From Paraspadella gotoi (Eukaryota > Animalia > Chaetognatha): a DNA stretch of 64,000 nucleotides. A program made the position numbers and the translations under genes. The notes under the pieces were generated by a model. The model saw only the letters and a list, made by a program, of their open reading frames with translations. It did not search any database and had not been told where the DNA came from. The stretch spans positions 27,571,469-27,635,468 of the forward strand of contig CM119264.1 of NCBI GenBank assembly GCA_051294375.1. Direction: 5' to 3'. This document shows, piece after piece, positions 62,730 to 64,000 of this stretch (positions are counted from its first letter, which is position 1; the number at the start of each line of letters is the position of its first letter).

Positions 62730-62885
62730 TGTATATTTATTTTCATTTGTTGTTTGATTTAGAGACGAAATAATAACTTTTTAATGGGTTAACAATACAC
62801 GACATAATGTTTTACATAAAAAATGGACATTTCGAAACTATATTGTTAGCTTCATCGTTGTTGTTAACAATTAAAATGTTATCAT
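62730..62885 (-). mobile_element. Degenerate member of the hammerhead/Penelope-like micro-element family
   Basis: Minus strand cGATGA agct aacaatat agttt cGAAAT GTC; inverted arms ataactttttaatgggttaacaa / ttgttaacaattaaaatgttat; tail gtctctaaatcaaacaac like the 5100 element. Confidence 0.4.
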
Positions 62886-64000
62886 TATATCTATCATATT
62901 GTTTTTAATGCATTAATTTGTTTACACACTTTTTCCAATTGGTTGTTGCATTGAAAGAATTAAACAAAGAGAATCTATCATTATTGTACAGACAATAGGT
63001 TTCGATTAATTTTTTTAAATTAATTGACATGTTTGATTTAAAAAACTTATAATAAGCAAAAGCAATTCTTTAAAATTCTTGGAAGTTAAAGTTATTCCCT
63101 CTCAAAAGTTCTTCTGTTTTTCTTCTATATAAATGAAATGTAGTTTTTTGATTATGATCAAAGTAAATCTAGACTACAAATAAATAGAGGACTATGGTTT
63201 ATTTACCATATCAGAAATGAGTCCTGTTCCATGTGCCTCAAACCAAAAAAGATCCAATCGTCCAATCTATTGAAAATTGGTACAACCATATAATAAAATG
63301 TATGTATGTATTTGTATTCAAATTTAGTAATATTTATTAGATGATCGTGTATTTAATTTTTCTTTCTGATCATTCAAACATAATATACTTAAATCATTGA
63401 TATGATATTGAATGGATCCACTTTTCACTTTATCTACATAATGTATATACCCGGTGGTAGCAAGGATTCGTCCTCCTAGCGTATTATTGGGCCCATAAAA
63501 TTGTCGCCCCTAGGATTGCACCATTGTGAGCAGTGTGGCCCACATAACCATTGCATCCCAATAGTATCCGCCCCACCTCATTTCCCACGTATTCCTACGG
63601 TGGTACAATCCTAATGGAAACCTAGTTAGACAAAAATTACTTTAAAAAATATAGAAAAATATTCATTAATAATTTTAATAAATTTAAATTCTTTCTTTGC
63701 AGTAATTTTTAACAATAATTTTTTTTATTTAATTATTATTATTAAATTATTAAATATTAATATTAGTTATTATTTTTTTTTTTTTAAATTTTACTTTATT
63801 GGTTTATTTTAATCTTTTGCTATCAAATGTTTTTCCATATTTACCTATTTATTAAGCACGTATAATAGTAACTTAAACGAATGAATTATACAATTTATAA
63901 TACCAATTTATATTATATTATATGCTATAAGGAACCTTAAACAAGCAAAATAGTTTAATATTTTATTTATGCAAAATCTTTTTGAATTCCCTCATTTTGG

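Overview
AT-rich, intron-rich animal (invertebrate-like) genomic DNA with many (AG)n/(AAT)n microsatellites, N gaps and indel-noisy patches, so most long ORFs in the supplied track are low-complexity artefacts. Genes were rebuilt by hand from splice sites: the 3' half of a furin/PC-family convertase (+, ends 3307); a secreted LRR protein (-, ~4.9-16.8 kb); a small orphan gene (-, ~18.1-20.1 kb); and two tandem paralogues (A 23096-35908, B 36059-55501, both +). A and B encode a secreted mosaic: signal peptide, two dermatopontin-like domains, ricin-B lectin, two EGF, and an unrecognised helical C-terminal domain. Paralogue B carries three antisense nested genes in two introns that are tiny in A: an SLC16/MCT transporter, a VWA + 2x F5/8-type-C-like protein and an XK-related membrane protein. 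A ~6.3-7.5 kb block (18.1-25.6 kb) is repeated in an indel-ridden form (25.6-32.0 kb), probably a second haplotype or gap-fill artefact. Mobile DNA includes TSD-flanked palindromic micro-elements carrying minimal hammerhead ribozymes (Penelope-like), a tRNA-derived SINE, a TA-flanked MITE, a 4-bp-TSD foldback MITE and a ~240-bp 5'-truncated repeat family. All calls come from reading the sequence by eye; no database searches were run.
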